64,000 nucleotides of DNA, taken from contig OX442314.1 in the NCBI GenBank assembly GCA_949358305.1, positions 24,676,001 to 24,740,000 of the forward strand, in the 5' to 3' direction. Both the position numbers and the translations under genes were made by a program. The DNA is from Strigamia acuminata (taxonomy: Eukaryota). Each line of letters begins with the position of its first letter. Position 1 is the first letter of the stretch. The notes below the pieces were generated by a model that was given only the letters and a program-made list of their open reading frames with translations, ran no database searches and was not told the origin of the DNA. Shown in pieces: positions 1 to 11,269 of this stretch.

Positions 1-557
1 TTAATTAATTACTTCATTCTGTTTCCACATGTAACGATTTTCTCCATTGTCACCCGCGGGTACTTCCACCCTTTGACACTCAGCCCATACGTTAAATCCA
101 TGCACGACCGCATCGTGACACACCGTCGTTTGCTCACTTCATTTAACAATATGACACGCCCCGAATGAAAACACTCAAAGGGTTAAACTTGTGCTTTGAT
201 ACTAAATGGCTGGTCTTGATCCCATTTATTGTTAATTCCAAAAGCCTAATATACAAAGCTGCTCTCTCTACTAAACAAACTTCCCGGAGTTGCATTCCAA
301 AGTTATTCTAATTTCAACCAGTCTAAATGCATATTTTCTACTGCTATTTAAATAAAAACTTTTTTTTCAAACGCTGTTTAACTGCAATAAATCTTAAAAC
401 GATAAAATGCGTGTTTAGAATTGCAGTTATACATGTTTACTTGTTTAAATGTGGTTTAGTCTTAACGACTTATCGAACGCAGCTTGTAATTTATAGCTTT
501 TCATTTGATGTACCGCTGTTGTTTTGCTTCAGACAATCAGAGCGTTAAGTGAAATTT

Positions 558-790
558 GGGATCTACCCCGGAATGTCTAATGACAAAATGTCTAATAATT
601 TTTTTTAAGAACCTAACATAACCTAGCCTAACCTATCCTAACCTAGACAATAGGGAATTTTGCCCATTAGACATTTTGGATTAGACATTTTGGATTATAC
701 ATTTTGTCTATTAGGCATTTCTGTTAAGACATTTCGGCTTAGACATTTAAGGATTAGACATTTGGCATTATACATTTTGGGGGGCCACCC
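558..790. mobile_element. MULE-like non-autonomous element with TAGACATTTT subterminal repeats
   Basis: GG...CC ends with degenerate TIR; GAAATT on both flanks; ~19-bp repeats containing TTAGACATTT and an AACCT array. Confidence 0.55.
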
Positions 791-1250
791 GAAATTAAGC
801 GAGCGTTAATTACACCCTGTTGAAAGAGTATAAGATTCTAACTTGACTTTATAAAACCCACAAGTACTCTTCCGCAAACTTTCTAATTAGAAACTATTGT
901 ACAATTAATGAAAATTGTTTTATCAACGATTGTCTGAACAAATTGAAATAGGCTTTAATATTTCCTCTGGTGAAGGAACTAACTTATCTCTGTATTTAGT
1001 CAAAAGATTTAGTTAATTATTTGTTAAAAGATGGCAAGGAGATCGATTTGTCCCAGCTCATTAACACCTAATTAAAAGAGTCACTTCTTTCTCCCTTTAT
1101 TTGCTAATGCTAAAACTATCCACAAACCGGAGTCAGGGACTAAAACTCTTTCACTATCGAAAATATGAAGTCAACAATTGTCACTTATAAACAACTATTG
1201 GCCAATTCGTTTTAAAATAATTATTCTTCTTCAAAAGTTAAACGTGACTA

Positions 1251-1336
1251 CCATATCTTTTATGATTTTCTGAGACGCACTTATTAACATAAACATCTCT
1301 AAAAACGGGGCGCGTCTTACAATCGAAGAAATACAG
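1251..1336. mobile_element. Small Tc2/pogo-like MITE
   Basis: TA|CCATATCT...AAATACAG|TA; internal sequence matches 7604-7668 in reverse; shares its right TA with the next MITE. Confidence 0.6.
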
Positions 1337-1338
1337 TA

Positions 1339-1570
1339 CCGTATTTTATCGATTAAGAGCCGCGACTCTTATTCAAAACTGCCGTTTTTGTCAGCAATTA
1401 CAATTTTTCGTTTGTTACATTTGTTTGATGTAACAAACAAAGTCCGAACGTCACGAACGAAGCGTACGTTCATCGTTCGTGAGGTTAAATACGGAAACAA
1501 CACCGTACTTTTGCAAAAATACAGTAATCTTGGTGTCTCAGCCGCGGCTACAATTCGAGGGCGACTCTTA
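1339..1570 (+). mobile_element. Tc2/pogo-like MITE family C (CCGTATTTTATCGATTAAGAG), right TIR truncated
   Basis: Near-identical to the copies at 5964, 8881, 19856 and 34201; TA flank. Confidence 0.85.
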
Positions 1571-1689
1571 CTAAATCCCCAAGTGTTGCTGGCAAGCCCG
1601 CCCTCAGCATCTGCAAAACCCAAGAAACATCAAATCCAGCCGATCATCATCCAACTAAACTAGAACAAGCTAAAAAAAAATATTTAAAA

Positions 1690-2445
1690 AACGCCATCCA
1701 ACTCGAGTTCGCGAACCGGCAACAGTTTGTTGAAAACGGTCCACAATTGCGCATGCTTTTCTTTTAATCGGGCTGAAAAGAAAAAAGAAAACCTTTGCGT
1801 GTCGTGTTTTGGCTGTGTGACTGGCAAGTTGCCTTCACAGCCAACGACTTTCCATTTGTATCGATTCCGACGAGAGACTTGCCGTAGGCTCGACAAACCG
1901 AGCGCAAACTCAGAAACAAAAGGAGCGTCGTCTGTCGGTCCAAAACCACATCGGTTTGAGAGAAAAGGCAAGACAGACGCTAAGGTAACGACGCAGAACT
2001 TTTTTCCTCGTGGATGCGTTTTCAATTCGAGCGGATCTTCCGAAGCGGCTGCAAAACACGAACTTCACGAGCAAAGCGAATTTTGTTGTCGAAAGAAAAC
2101 AGCGGCGAACAGAACGCTCCGCTTGAAAACTATTAAAACTAAACCGAACACAAAGTAGCTATACTCGTTTCCTATGCCAGACAATTACTCGTTAACGAGC
2201 GACACATTTCACAAATCCCCAGAGCATTTACTCGACTTGACCTCCAACATGACCGTTTGTAATACCGTGCAATAAAAGCCGGCGCGCGCGTTGCTACACA
2301 AAGAAGAAGAAAAAAAGAGTGCCCTTCAACTCCAATCCCAACCAATCTGTCATTCAATTCGAAAATGAACGTTTCTTTATCTTATTTTCCCTCCTGTGGT
2401 TGAACCTTGTGAAAAATCTGAGTAGAAAGTGCGTGTGAGAGTGGG
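1690..2445 (+). promoter_or_regulatory. Putative promoter region and non-coding first exon of the LDLa-CUB gene
   Basis: Transposon-free, CpG-retaining stretch ending at a perfect donor G|GTAAGT (GT at 2446). The first coding exon has an acceptor at 8159/8160, so an upstream exon is required. TSS not determined. Confidence 0.4.
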
Positions 2446-2835
2446 GTAAGTGCGCCATATGGCGACAGTTTTAATACATGTCGCGAGTCCTTATTCCTCG
2501 GGAATAAGCCAACTAATGGAACAGACACTGCACAAAATGGCGCGCATTATTCGCTACGAGCATGTGTAAGACTATTCGGTTAACATTTAAAAAAAATATA
2601 TACAATTTTCACTCGACCCTCGATGAAATACTAGACCAGGTGCGCAGTAATGCTTCTTCACTCATTTTTTTTTCATTTCCGTGCCGGAAAATAAAAATAT
2701 AATTGAATTACGCGTGAATTAAAATTTGTTAAGCGAATAATTTTCTAAAGTTAATGTCTCATTAAAAATTGGTAATTTCAAACTGTTACTTGCGTTAAAT
2801 TAATTATAACGAGAAAACTCTTCAAACAAATATTA

Positions 2836-3185
2836 CCATACATCTTCGAATTGCTCTTGGGCCTCTAATAGCGCACGGGTGTGCAATTTGAGATAGATCT
2901 TATTACAAAATCATTTTTTTTAAATATTTCTTTAAAATAGTGATAAATGAAACGTTTTACATACATTTCAGATGCTAATTACAATTTTACATTTGTGACT
3001 TGTGCAAAACGTTTTATTTATCCTTTTAAAACGTTGCAAAAATGTTAAAAAAAATCACGTTGACGGTATCGGTTTTTCATAAAAATACCCCCACAAGCCT
3101 CTATTACCGCACGGGCCTCCAATTTTGCGGAAAAATTTTTTTTTTTTGCAAATAGCACACGGGTACACAATTAGAAGACATACAG
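2836..3185. mobile_element. Tc2/pogo-like MITE
   Basis: TA|CCATACATCTTCGAATTG ... CAATTAGAAGACATACAG|TA; repeated AATAGCRCACGGG subterminal motif. Confidence 0.6.
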
Positions 3186-3698
3186 TATTTGATATTTCGC
3201 TCCACCAATTAGTGCTCAATCTCCAATACCTGGTACAGTGATTAGTTGTCTATTTCCAATGTCAGTTTGTTGTTTCATTTGTAAACATCCAATTAAAAGA
3301 TTAAAAAATAAGCCAACAAACTATTTTTTTAAATTTAATTGAGTTAGGCTTTCCCGTCATGCTTTAAGGGGGTATGCAGTGAATGCAAGCTTGCGGCGTG
3401 GTTTCAACTGATAACTTAATCTCCTTCAGAGTTCTTCAACTTCAGAAGTAACACACTTTGTCTAGCACAGATTTCTGTCATAATTATCATTACAACTTTG
3501 CCTTCCACACATGGAATTTGTTTTAACTGCAGCAAATTCGCCGCGATAACGCCACACTTGATTCCCACTTAAAAAGCAAACTCACAAGTAGTGACCAATA
3601 GAACAGCGTAAGGTCATTGCAAACAGGTGGCTCAATGACTGCGTTTTCGCAAACTTAAAAGTAACATCAAAAAAGAAAACCCAAGAAAAATTTTAAAT

Positions 3699-4126
3699 AT
3701 ACTCGAGTTGCACTCAAAAAGGCACCTCACAATGTGTACTCCCATTGGTCGAACCAGTTTACTACTAACTCCAGACTGTATACTACTACTAGGAGAAGTA
3801 GTTTTGTTTTTTATTTATTGTTGTGATTGTTATGACTAATTTAGTTTATGTTATTTTGATTTTATTTAATAAAAAATGTTATTTCCATCATTAAAATGAA
3901 GTTTCACACATTAAAAAATGTCAAACTCATGTTTGTTGTGTTTATTGCTTACATCGTCTGGAAGTTTGAATTTTAGGCCGTTGCATAGGCAATCGATTAC
4001 AATGTCTGTACATTGTAATGCAATTCTGGTGTTTGGGTCTACTTTTCCGGATCACTACACCAGTAAACTGGCTCGACCAATGGAAGTACACATTGTGAGG
4101 TGCCTTTTTGAGTGCAACTCAAGTAT
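3699..4126. mobile_element. Long-TIR MITE (~70-bp arms)
   Basis: ATACTCGAGTTGCACTCAAAAAGGCACCTCACAATGTGTACT... is inverted at 4062-4126; internal segment shared with 37487-37858. Confidence 0.8.
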
Positions 4127-5963
4127 GGCCATTACTTCTACTATGAACCATTAAAAGGATAACATGTTTAGTGCGTTTTGTCACTGATGGCGCCACATAA
4201 TATATAACCGCACTGTATTCTGGGATGACAACAGGTAACAAACATGCTTAGTTGGCAAGCAATGCATAGCATATGATTGCTGTCATCCAATCAGCGCACA
4301 GAACAAATCAATAGGAAATAACGCACGGATGTGCTTCTACGCAGGTTTCCCCACTTAAAATAAAATGTCTTTTTTCACTTGCCTGTGTAAATTACCGTAC
4401 ACTTTCTCTTCCATAAACGTTATTTTAAACTGCCGCTCTTAAACAATAAATGTAACTTCAAGGCAAATTCTCTTTCTGGCAGTTCCTATGATGATAATAA
4501 AAAAAACTGTTTCTAAGTTCTTCAAACTCCAGCAAAGTATTGAAAATTTTATCAGCAAATTTCTTCCCAAAACGTAGATAAGAGTTTTTATTATGTAAAC
4601 AATAGCTTGCAGAGCAAAAATATACCCCACTTTGCAAACCATTTTTCAAGTTTCTTGCATGATATACACAAACTGAACATAAATAACAAGTCAAAGTCAA
4701 GACGTAGAGCACAAGTCAAACATTGAAATAAGAATATAAATAATATAACAACGAATAGAAAATAGCTTTTAAAAATCAAATCACGGATCGATAAGTTTGA
4801 CAGCACATGTTTGCTTTTAATCAATGGAAGATTGAAGTTTAAAAAAAAAAAAAAATCAAGTTTGGTCGTCAATGGCCTCGCTTGAGGACATCGAAAATCA
4901 ATTTGGAACATGAATGAGAAAGAGAAGGAGGAAGTTGAAAATGATCATGTGCACATGAATCGTTATGAATGAAACGATGGTGAGTTATCCACAGCTGACT
5001 AAAACTGACAGACGCATTTTCTTGCGTCACGCTTCGTTAGCGTCGCTAAACTTTTCGCTAACCGTGATTTAACGCGATATACGTATCGACAAATCCACAA
5101 TATGTATCTTGGCCGTTCCAAGCGCGACCCTATCTCCTGCCACGGCGTATATTGAATCGTGCGCATCGATTTTGCAACGGTAAGCAAAACACTTTTGGAT
5201 GGCACTGACATCGGGGTTACATAGCGAACTTTTATCTGGCGGTCATTCTACTGAGTCAAACCCAAACGACCACGATAAAAGATGTGCAACGTCAACTGCA
5301 GACTATTTTACAAACCTCTTTGACCAGACAAAACCGTGCATAAAAACTTTCATAAATCGCACTTTCTCGCACATGGACAATGTGCTCATTATGCGTTTCT
5401 CCCTTTGCTGCAATTTTCAACATGGCCACCAATAAAACGCTCCGACTCCTCGTCTTTCGAAATGCTTAAATAGTGTTTGCATGTCAAATATTTCAGTTCT
5501 ATTATAGAAAATAGTGGCAAATTGTTTTCTTGTAAAGAGTAGAAAATTGTGATGTTCAAACTGCGCATGCACAGGCTCAGGACTTCTGGCTTCCTGTTTT
5601 CGTATAAAATTACTCGATTAAAGGCGATGGTGAAGGATTTTATACTTTTTTTTCACGAAACACAGTGATCTCTTGCAATGCTAATACAATGTAACCTTAA
5701 ATATTGAGCGTGTTCGCCCGAAAGAGATCAAAAGAAAAATGGGCTTCACTGCACTACGTTCATGCCACCTATTGTTCCATTTTAACAAAAGATTTCGAAA
5801 GCATTGTTGCCAGATTCAAGCCGTGTATCAACTTGGTGGAACCGTTTTGATTTTCCAACAAAACGAGACCAATACTAATTTTCCAACATCAGTCGATACC
5901 AATACCCATATTTTTTTAAAAAAAATAATATGGAGTACTTTTTTTTAAATAAAATTATACGTA

Positions 5964-6212
5964 CCGTATTTTATCTATTAAGAGTCGCCCTCGAATTGTG
6001 GCCGCCCTCGAATAGTAGCCGCGGATGAGACACCAAGAATTCCGTATTTTTGCAAAAGTACGGTATCGTTTCCGTATTTAACCTCACGAACGATGAACGT
6101 ACGCTTCGTTCGTGACGTTCAGACTTCGTTTGTTACATTAAACAAATGTAACTAACGAAAAATCGAAATTGTAATTGCTGACAAAAATGGCAGTTTTGAA
6201 TAAGAGCCGCGG
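5964..6212 (-). mobile_element. Tc2/pogo-like MITE family C (reverse orientation, one end missing)
   Basis: Reverse complement of the 1339/34201 copies. Confidence 0.85.
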
Positions 6213-7053
6213 CAAATTTTTTTAAAGAAAAAATTATTTTTTTTCCTGCTTTTCTTCTCCCAGTCATGATCTTGAATCGCTACAAATATTCCCCATTTAC
6301 TCCAATTACTATATTTAAACCGCCAAGTGCATTCAGTCTGGTCATATATTTTATTGCTTTATCACTTCTAAAAGCACTTAGCTGAAAGATACTTACTGCA
6401 TGCATACCACACAAGTTGGAGGATCTCTTTACTTATAAACATGCTTCAAGGCAGAATTGCAGTATGCTCATACCCATCATAAGTGATATGAAATATCTTT
6501 ATGAAAAGTAGAATGTGTGGGTAGCTTTAGATTACATGGAATTCCTCTATTGATTTCCTCTTAGAGATTTTTGCAAATAGATTTCAGTTCAATTTCCTGC
6601 CAATCTGAAAAATTTCCTGTCTTAATAATTGCCAATAATGCAAACACAACATTTAAAAACTTGTAATTTTTCTTTTTGAAAAATCAAATAAATATCAAAC
6701 TAAAATTTTCAACTGAAATAATTGTTTTATAGAAACATTTTCATTTGATCTTTAAGATACTTGCAACTTTCACACTTCTACAGTACTTCAAACAGTTGAG
6801 ATGGGAATGAGTTAAATTAAATCTGTGGACCTAATATTAACTTTAAAGAGGTTACACCACCACCACTAAAGGTGTTTTGGTTAAAAATTTGAATTCTAAA
6901 AGACTAAAACACTTGACTTCGCTTAACCTATGAACATTACGCTCACAGTTTTTACTATTTTTACTACTGAAGTACCTAAATTAAGACTTTAAAAATAAAT
7001 ACCATATTTCTCCGATTCTAAAGATGGGTTCACTCATGGAGTAAAGTAAAGTA

Positions 7054-7490
7054 CCGTATTACCCCGCTTATTGCCGCATGCCATTGGGCATGGGTTTATA
7101 ACGATTTTCAAATCGCGTGCAAAAAGTCTATACCGGCATGCGGGTATAAGCTTAGAGCAAAACATACCGGTATAAGTGAAAAACTGATTGTTTGTTTTTT
7201 TTGTTTAAACAAACCCAGATGAATAATTATGTTAAAATTTAGGCCTAAAATTTAAGTGTTCTTGATATTCTGAAGATTACTACTAAATTTGTAAAAAAAA
7301 ATTATAGAAATTTAGGCTAATTTCCTACATCTTGGACATCTAAATATGCGTTTTAAGCATGCTTTGCGCTCAAAATTAATAAAAAAAAACTGTACTCACT
7401 CACACCGGTATGCCGTTAAAAACGGGGTTCATCAGCATGCTGATAATACTCGCTCTATATCGACATGCAGCAATAAGTGCGATAATACGG
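7054..7490 (+). mobile_element. Tc2/pogo-like MITE family D
   Basis: TA|CCGTATTACCCCGCTTATTGCCGCATG ... CATGCAGCAATAAGTGCGATAATACGG|TA; sibling at 43786-44481. Confidence 0.85.
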
Positions 7491-8217
7491 TAAACAATAA
7501 AGAAGTAGAAGTAAAGTAACGCAAGTATGTTCACACTTGTTTGAAGTTGAAGTAAGACGTACACTATAATTTCAGTTCCACCAACAGAGAAAAAACTTTC
7601 CAAGATGCACCCCGTTTTTAGAGATGTTTATATGGGGGAAAACAGTTCTTAGAATTGAAGAAATACGGTAAATAAAAACAAGTTGGATGCATCAAATTCC
7701 CATGTTCTAGGAAATTCTAATAAAAATTCATTTTAGGATTAACTTCACTTCAATCTCAATCTCAGTCTCATCTCGTTTATTTTGTATTGTACTAATACCA
7801 AACAGACAATTTTTAGCAATTTTAATTAGCCTATTAATATTCCACATACTTGACAAGTAATAACTTAAATAATGCCAAACTTATTTTCTCCCCGCCACGT
7901 CATAAACCCTTTATCCGCTGTTTCATCACAATCGCAATTCAATTTTCTCCATACAATGAAATGATGTACAAGCAAAAAAAAAAAAAAAAAACAAATGAAA
8001 ATTTTAAGAAGAACATGCAATATGTTTGAAAATGCATCACAAATAAAAAAAATTAACATTTTTTTCCCGTCACGATACCAAATGCACACTATTTTTTTCA
8101 CTTTTGAAGAGAAAGAAAAAAAAATTAAATTTATATGTATTTTTTTTTCCATCTTGCAGCGCAAAAAAACCTATTTTATTTATGGTGCTGATCTAAAACG
8201 TGCATCGTCATAGAACC

Positions 8218-8395
8218 ATGGCAACAGGATGTTGGAGAACCATCTCGCTCGTGATGTCGCTCGTTTGTTGCGTTGGTAACGCGTGTCGAATCTCCGAGTT
8301 CTTTTGCGACAACGGTCAATGCACAGGCCTTGATCGTTTCTGCGACGGGCGGAACGACTGTGGAGACAAGAGCGACGAACCTCGCCAATGTACCC
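8218..8395 (+). CDS. LDLa/CUB transmembrane protein, first coding exon (signal peptide + LDL-receptor class A repeat)
   Basis: Acceptor TTTTTTTCCATCTTGCAG at 8159; ATG in ACCATGG context at 8218; hydrophobic leader MATGCWRTISLVMSLVCCVGNA; LDLa CRISEFFCDNGQCTGLDRFCDGRNDCGDKSDEPRQC; phase-1 donor C|GTAAGT at 8396. Confidence 0.9.
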
Positions 8396-8880
8396 GTAAG
8401 TTGCTCATTTAATATTCTATATTTTAACCAACTTGTGCTGGGATAACGCACAATTCCAAAGAAAATAAAAATAATAAACATCACAAAATTCACCGTCCCC
8501 CGCAGAAAATAAAAATATATATGTATACACTTTTCAAAAATTGTCTGCCACGGCCATCGCTGTGATATTTCCCAATAGATGGAGGTGAAGCTCTGTACAA
8601 CTGGCAGCCATTACAACATCGCCAGCGACAAAATTCGGAATTCAAAATTCTGCTTTAGATAAATTGAGGTGAATTTTATACCCAAAGAAACTATTCTTTG
8701 CGTGTTTATGCACTTGTCAGATGCAGGCCCGACTCCGGCTTCAGTCGTAGCCATCTTTATTTCACTCCAACGATCACCAATGGTCGTCCCACACATCCAA
8801 TTATTCTTTTCAATGTAAAAATACGTCTTTCTCCGCGTTAGCCGAGTAACACACATGCAACGAATTCGACAACGAAAATA

Positions 8881-9609
8881 CCGTATTTTATCGATTAAGA
8901 GCTGCGGCTCTTATTCAAAACTGCCATTTTTGTCAGCAATTACAATAGAGAGTTTGCAGGATGCATTTTTCCCTTACAGTTAAAGACTATACGGTATGAA
9001 AATAGTGTAAGGGGAAAATGATAAATTAAGTTTTTGCGGGCTTCACTTTTCCCTTATCACTACACTATTTCAGCCAACTACTGACAGTTAGTAATTTTGG
9101 ACCTAAAAATTCAATTTGGGGACGTAAATGTGCAAATTTCTGCATAAAATTCCATTATTATGCCTAAAAAGTATGGTTTTGGGCTTAAAATTCAAGTTAG
9201 GGCCTCACTTATCATTCAATCTATGTACCTATGACTGTGATGTGTTTAATCGAGACAACAAAATATTCGCCATTTGCAATAGGCGGAGCTAACAATATAG
9301 TGTTCTCAATTCTGATTGGCTGCGCTATATTTTAATTTAGTGTTGAAGATTTTTCCCTTATGATATGGCACTAAAATAGTGTAACATGGCACAAAATAAA
9401 GGAAAAATGCATCCCGCAAACTCTCTATTTTCGGTTTTTTCGTTTGTTACATTTGTTTAATGTAACAAACGAAGTCTGAACGACACGAAGGTTAAATACG
9501 GAAACAATACCGTACTTTTGCAAAAATACGGTAATCTTAGTGTCTTAGCTGCGGCTACTATTCGAGGGCGGCTGCAATTCGAGGACGACTCTTAATCGGT
9601 AAAATACGG
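8881..9609 (+). mobile_element. Tc2/pogo-like MITE family C, in the CUB-gene intron, interrupted by 8947-9426
   Basis: Both TIRs present; the halves rejoin to the family consensus. Confidence 0.85.
8947..9426 (-). mobile_element. MITE with AGAGAGTTTGCGGGATGCATTTTTCC TIR (PHIS/Pangu-like)
   Basis: ~27-bp TIR; flanks AAT/ATT at an empty-site AAT; reverse-orientation sibling at 30179-30670. Confidence 0.85.
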
Positions 9610-10519
9610 TTCATTTAATTTTTTTTTTCCAAGTACAAATTTAACCAAAAATTTTTACAAATCAAATAGTAAATTATCAAACACAAAGTCAGAAATCCAT
9701 AATTTTAATATTTAGGCTATTTCTATTTATTTAAAATTCTTTGTGTGTTGAAAAGTAGAAAGTAAAATTGAATGAAAACGCAGCGAATTGAAAAAAGCCA
9801 GTAATGAAACAGTCCAATCAATAAATTATATTAAATGAGAAATTTACAGACTTTCTCCATCTCCCCATCGTTACGGACATCATCTTTTTCTTCTCGTGTT
9901 TGCATTGGGGAATTATTAATTCAATCCTGCTCATCTCATCTGCATTCAAATTCCATGAATATTTATGCGGTGTGACGCTCCGTGTGTAACAAAAGAATGA
10001 AGCATATTTAAATAATAATGTTCCTTGTTTGCAATCGATGCCGACTCACGGTGATTAACCGAGTTATCGACTTCCTCCGACATTTTGATCGACAATTTCA
10101 AACTGGCGCGAGAACAAAGCGCCGATCGACATCAAGAGAAAAGCTTAATTAAAGCGAGAATCGCAATCAGGCAACCTGGTCCGGGCAAATAGTCCCGAGA
10201 GACACCAACACAAGGACGAAGCAATGGAATAGCACCTCATGCACAAAACACGCCGTACGAACAAGGAGAAATTAAATTAACCAAAACTCGCATAGAAAAT
10301 AACGAGTGCAAAATTTTAAAAGTTAAAAACGCACCATGAATATAATATCGCACAATTAAATAAAAGTCGAACCTTACTATAACAAATTCCTCGTTGTAAC
10401 CAATTTCTGATTTCAAATAGTACGTTGCCTGCTCTATTTCTCCTCCAATTATAAATCATTTCACTATAACAAATTCTCGTTATTATGAACTTTTCGTAAT
10501 AGTGAGGTTCAACCTTGTA

Positions 10520-10810
10520 GCGTAAATGCTCTCATATAACACCCGCGTTCTATTGACAAAACCCAGAGTCTCCCGCATTCGTAATGATTGATTAGGCGAT
10601 AATTAAAACAGATTTTCATAATTAAAATAGATTTTCAATCACAAAAAGTCGATTTTTACACATAAAAAGTACATTTTGCACCTAAAATGCATTTCTGGCA
10701 TTTAAATAGATTTTTGGACTGAAAAAAAATGCATTTTTGCACTTTCCAGCCGCGTTGTACAAGATACCGCGTTCAATAAGCATCCCGCGCTCAATAGGAG
10801 CCATTTACGA
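10520..10810. mobile_element. Tc2/pogo-like MITE with internal ~20-bp repeats
   Basis: TA|GCGTAAATGCTCTC ... GGAGCCATTTACGA|TA; abuts a Tigger-like remnant at ~10365-10515. Confidence 0.55.
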
Positions 10811-11269
10811 TAGTTCGTGCCCGAATAAAATATAATCTTTCACCAGTAAAAGAATCATCTTTCCCTGATGGATTTCAATCTCTCTACTGTGTTTTCAACG
10901 ATGAATCAATTTTATCTCCCATACTTTCTTCTTTGAAAATCAGCCCCAGCCCATCACATTTTCTCTTCCCTGCAATGCATTTTGTTTAAACCCAACAGAG
11001 GTGAAATCTGAAATGGCAGCATCTTCAATGGCGACGAATTCCCCTGATTTGCTGCGAAGTGAAAAGAGCAACTACATTATTTCTCCTTTCATTCTCTAAA
11101 ATGCAAACCCAGCTTTAGACATTCCCAAGCGTCGTTCCACGACACCCTTAGTGAAAGACACCAGCTGCCACACACAGCAACAAACTAATTCCATCTCATA
11201 ATTGCCATTTGTGGTGCAATTCTCTCAGCATTGATTTATCGCTAATTACTCTTTTTATTTCTTCTCCAG

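Noticed and set aside
69..186. CCCTTTGA...TCAAAGGG-TTAA piggyBac-like remnant
   Set aside because: Only an 8-bp inverted match and no left TTAA.
1369..1663. Recurrent short ORFs (KSRPRIVAAAETPR..., also at 19836 and 20252)
   Set aside because: Chance translations of MITE family C copies; no transposase motifs.
11209..11269. N-terminal 20 aa of the 891-aa ORF call
   Set aside because: Non-ATG start within the intron's branch-point and polypyrimidine region; the true N-terminus comes from exon 8218-8395.
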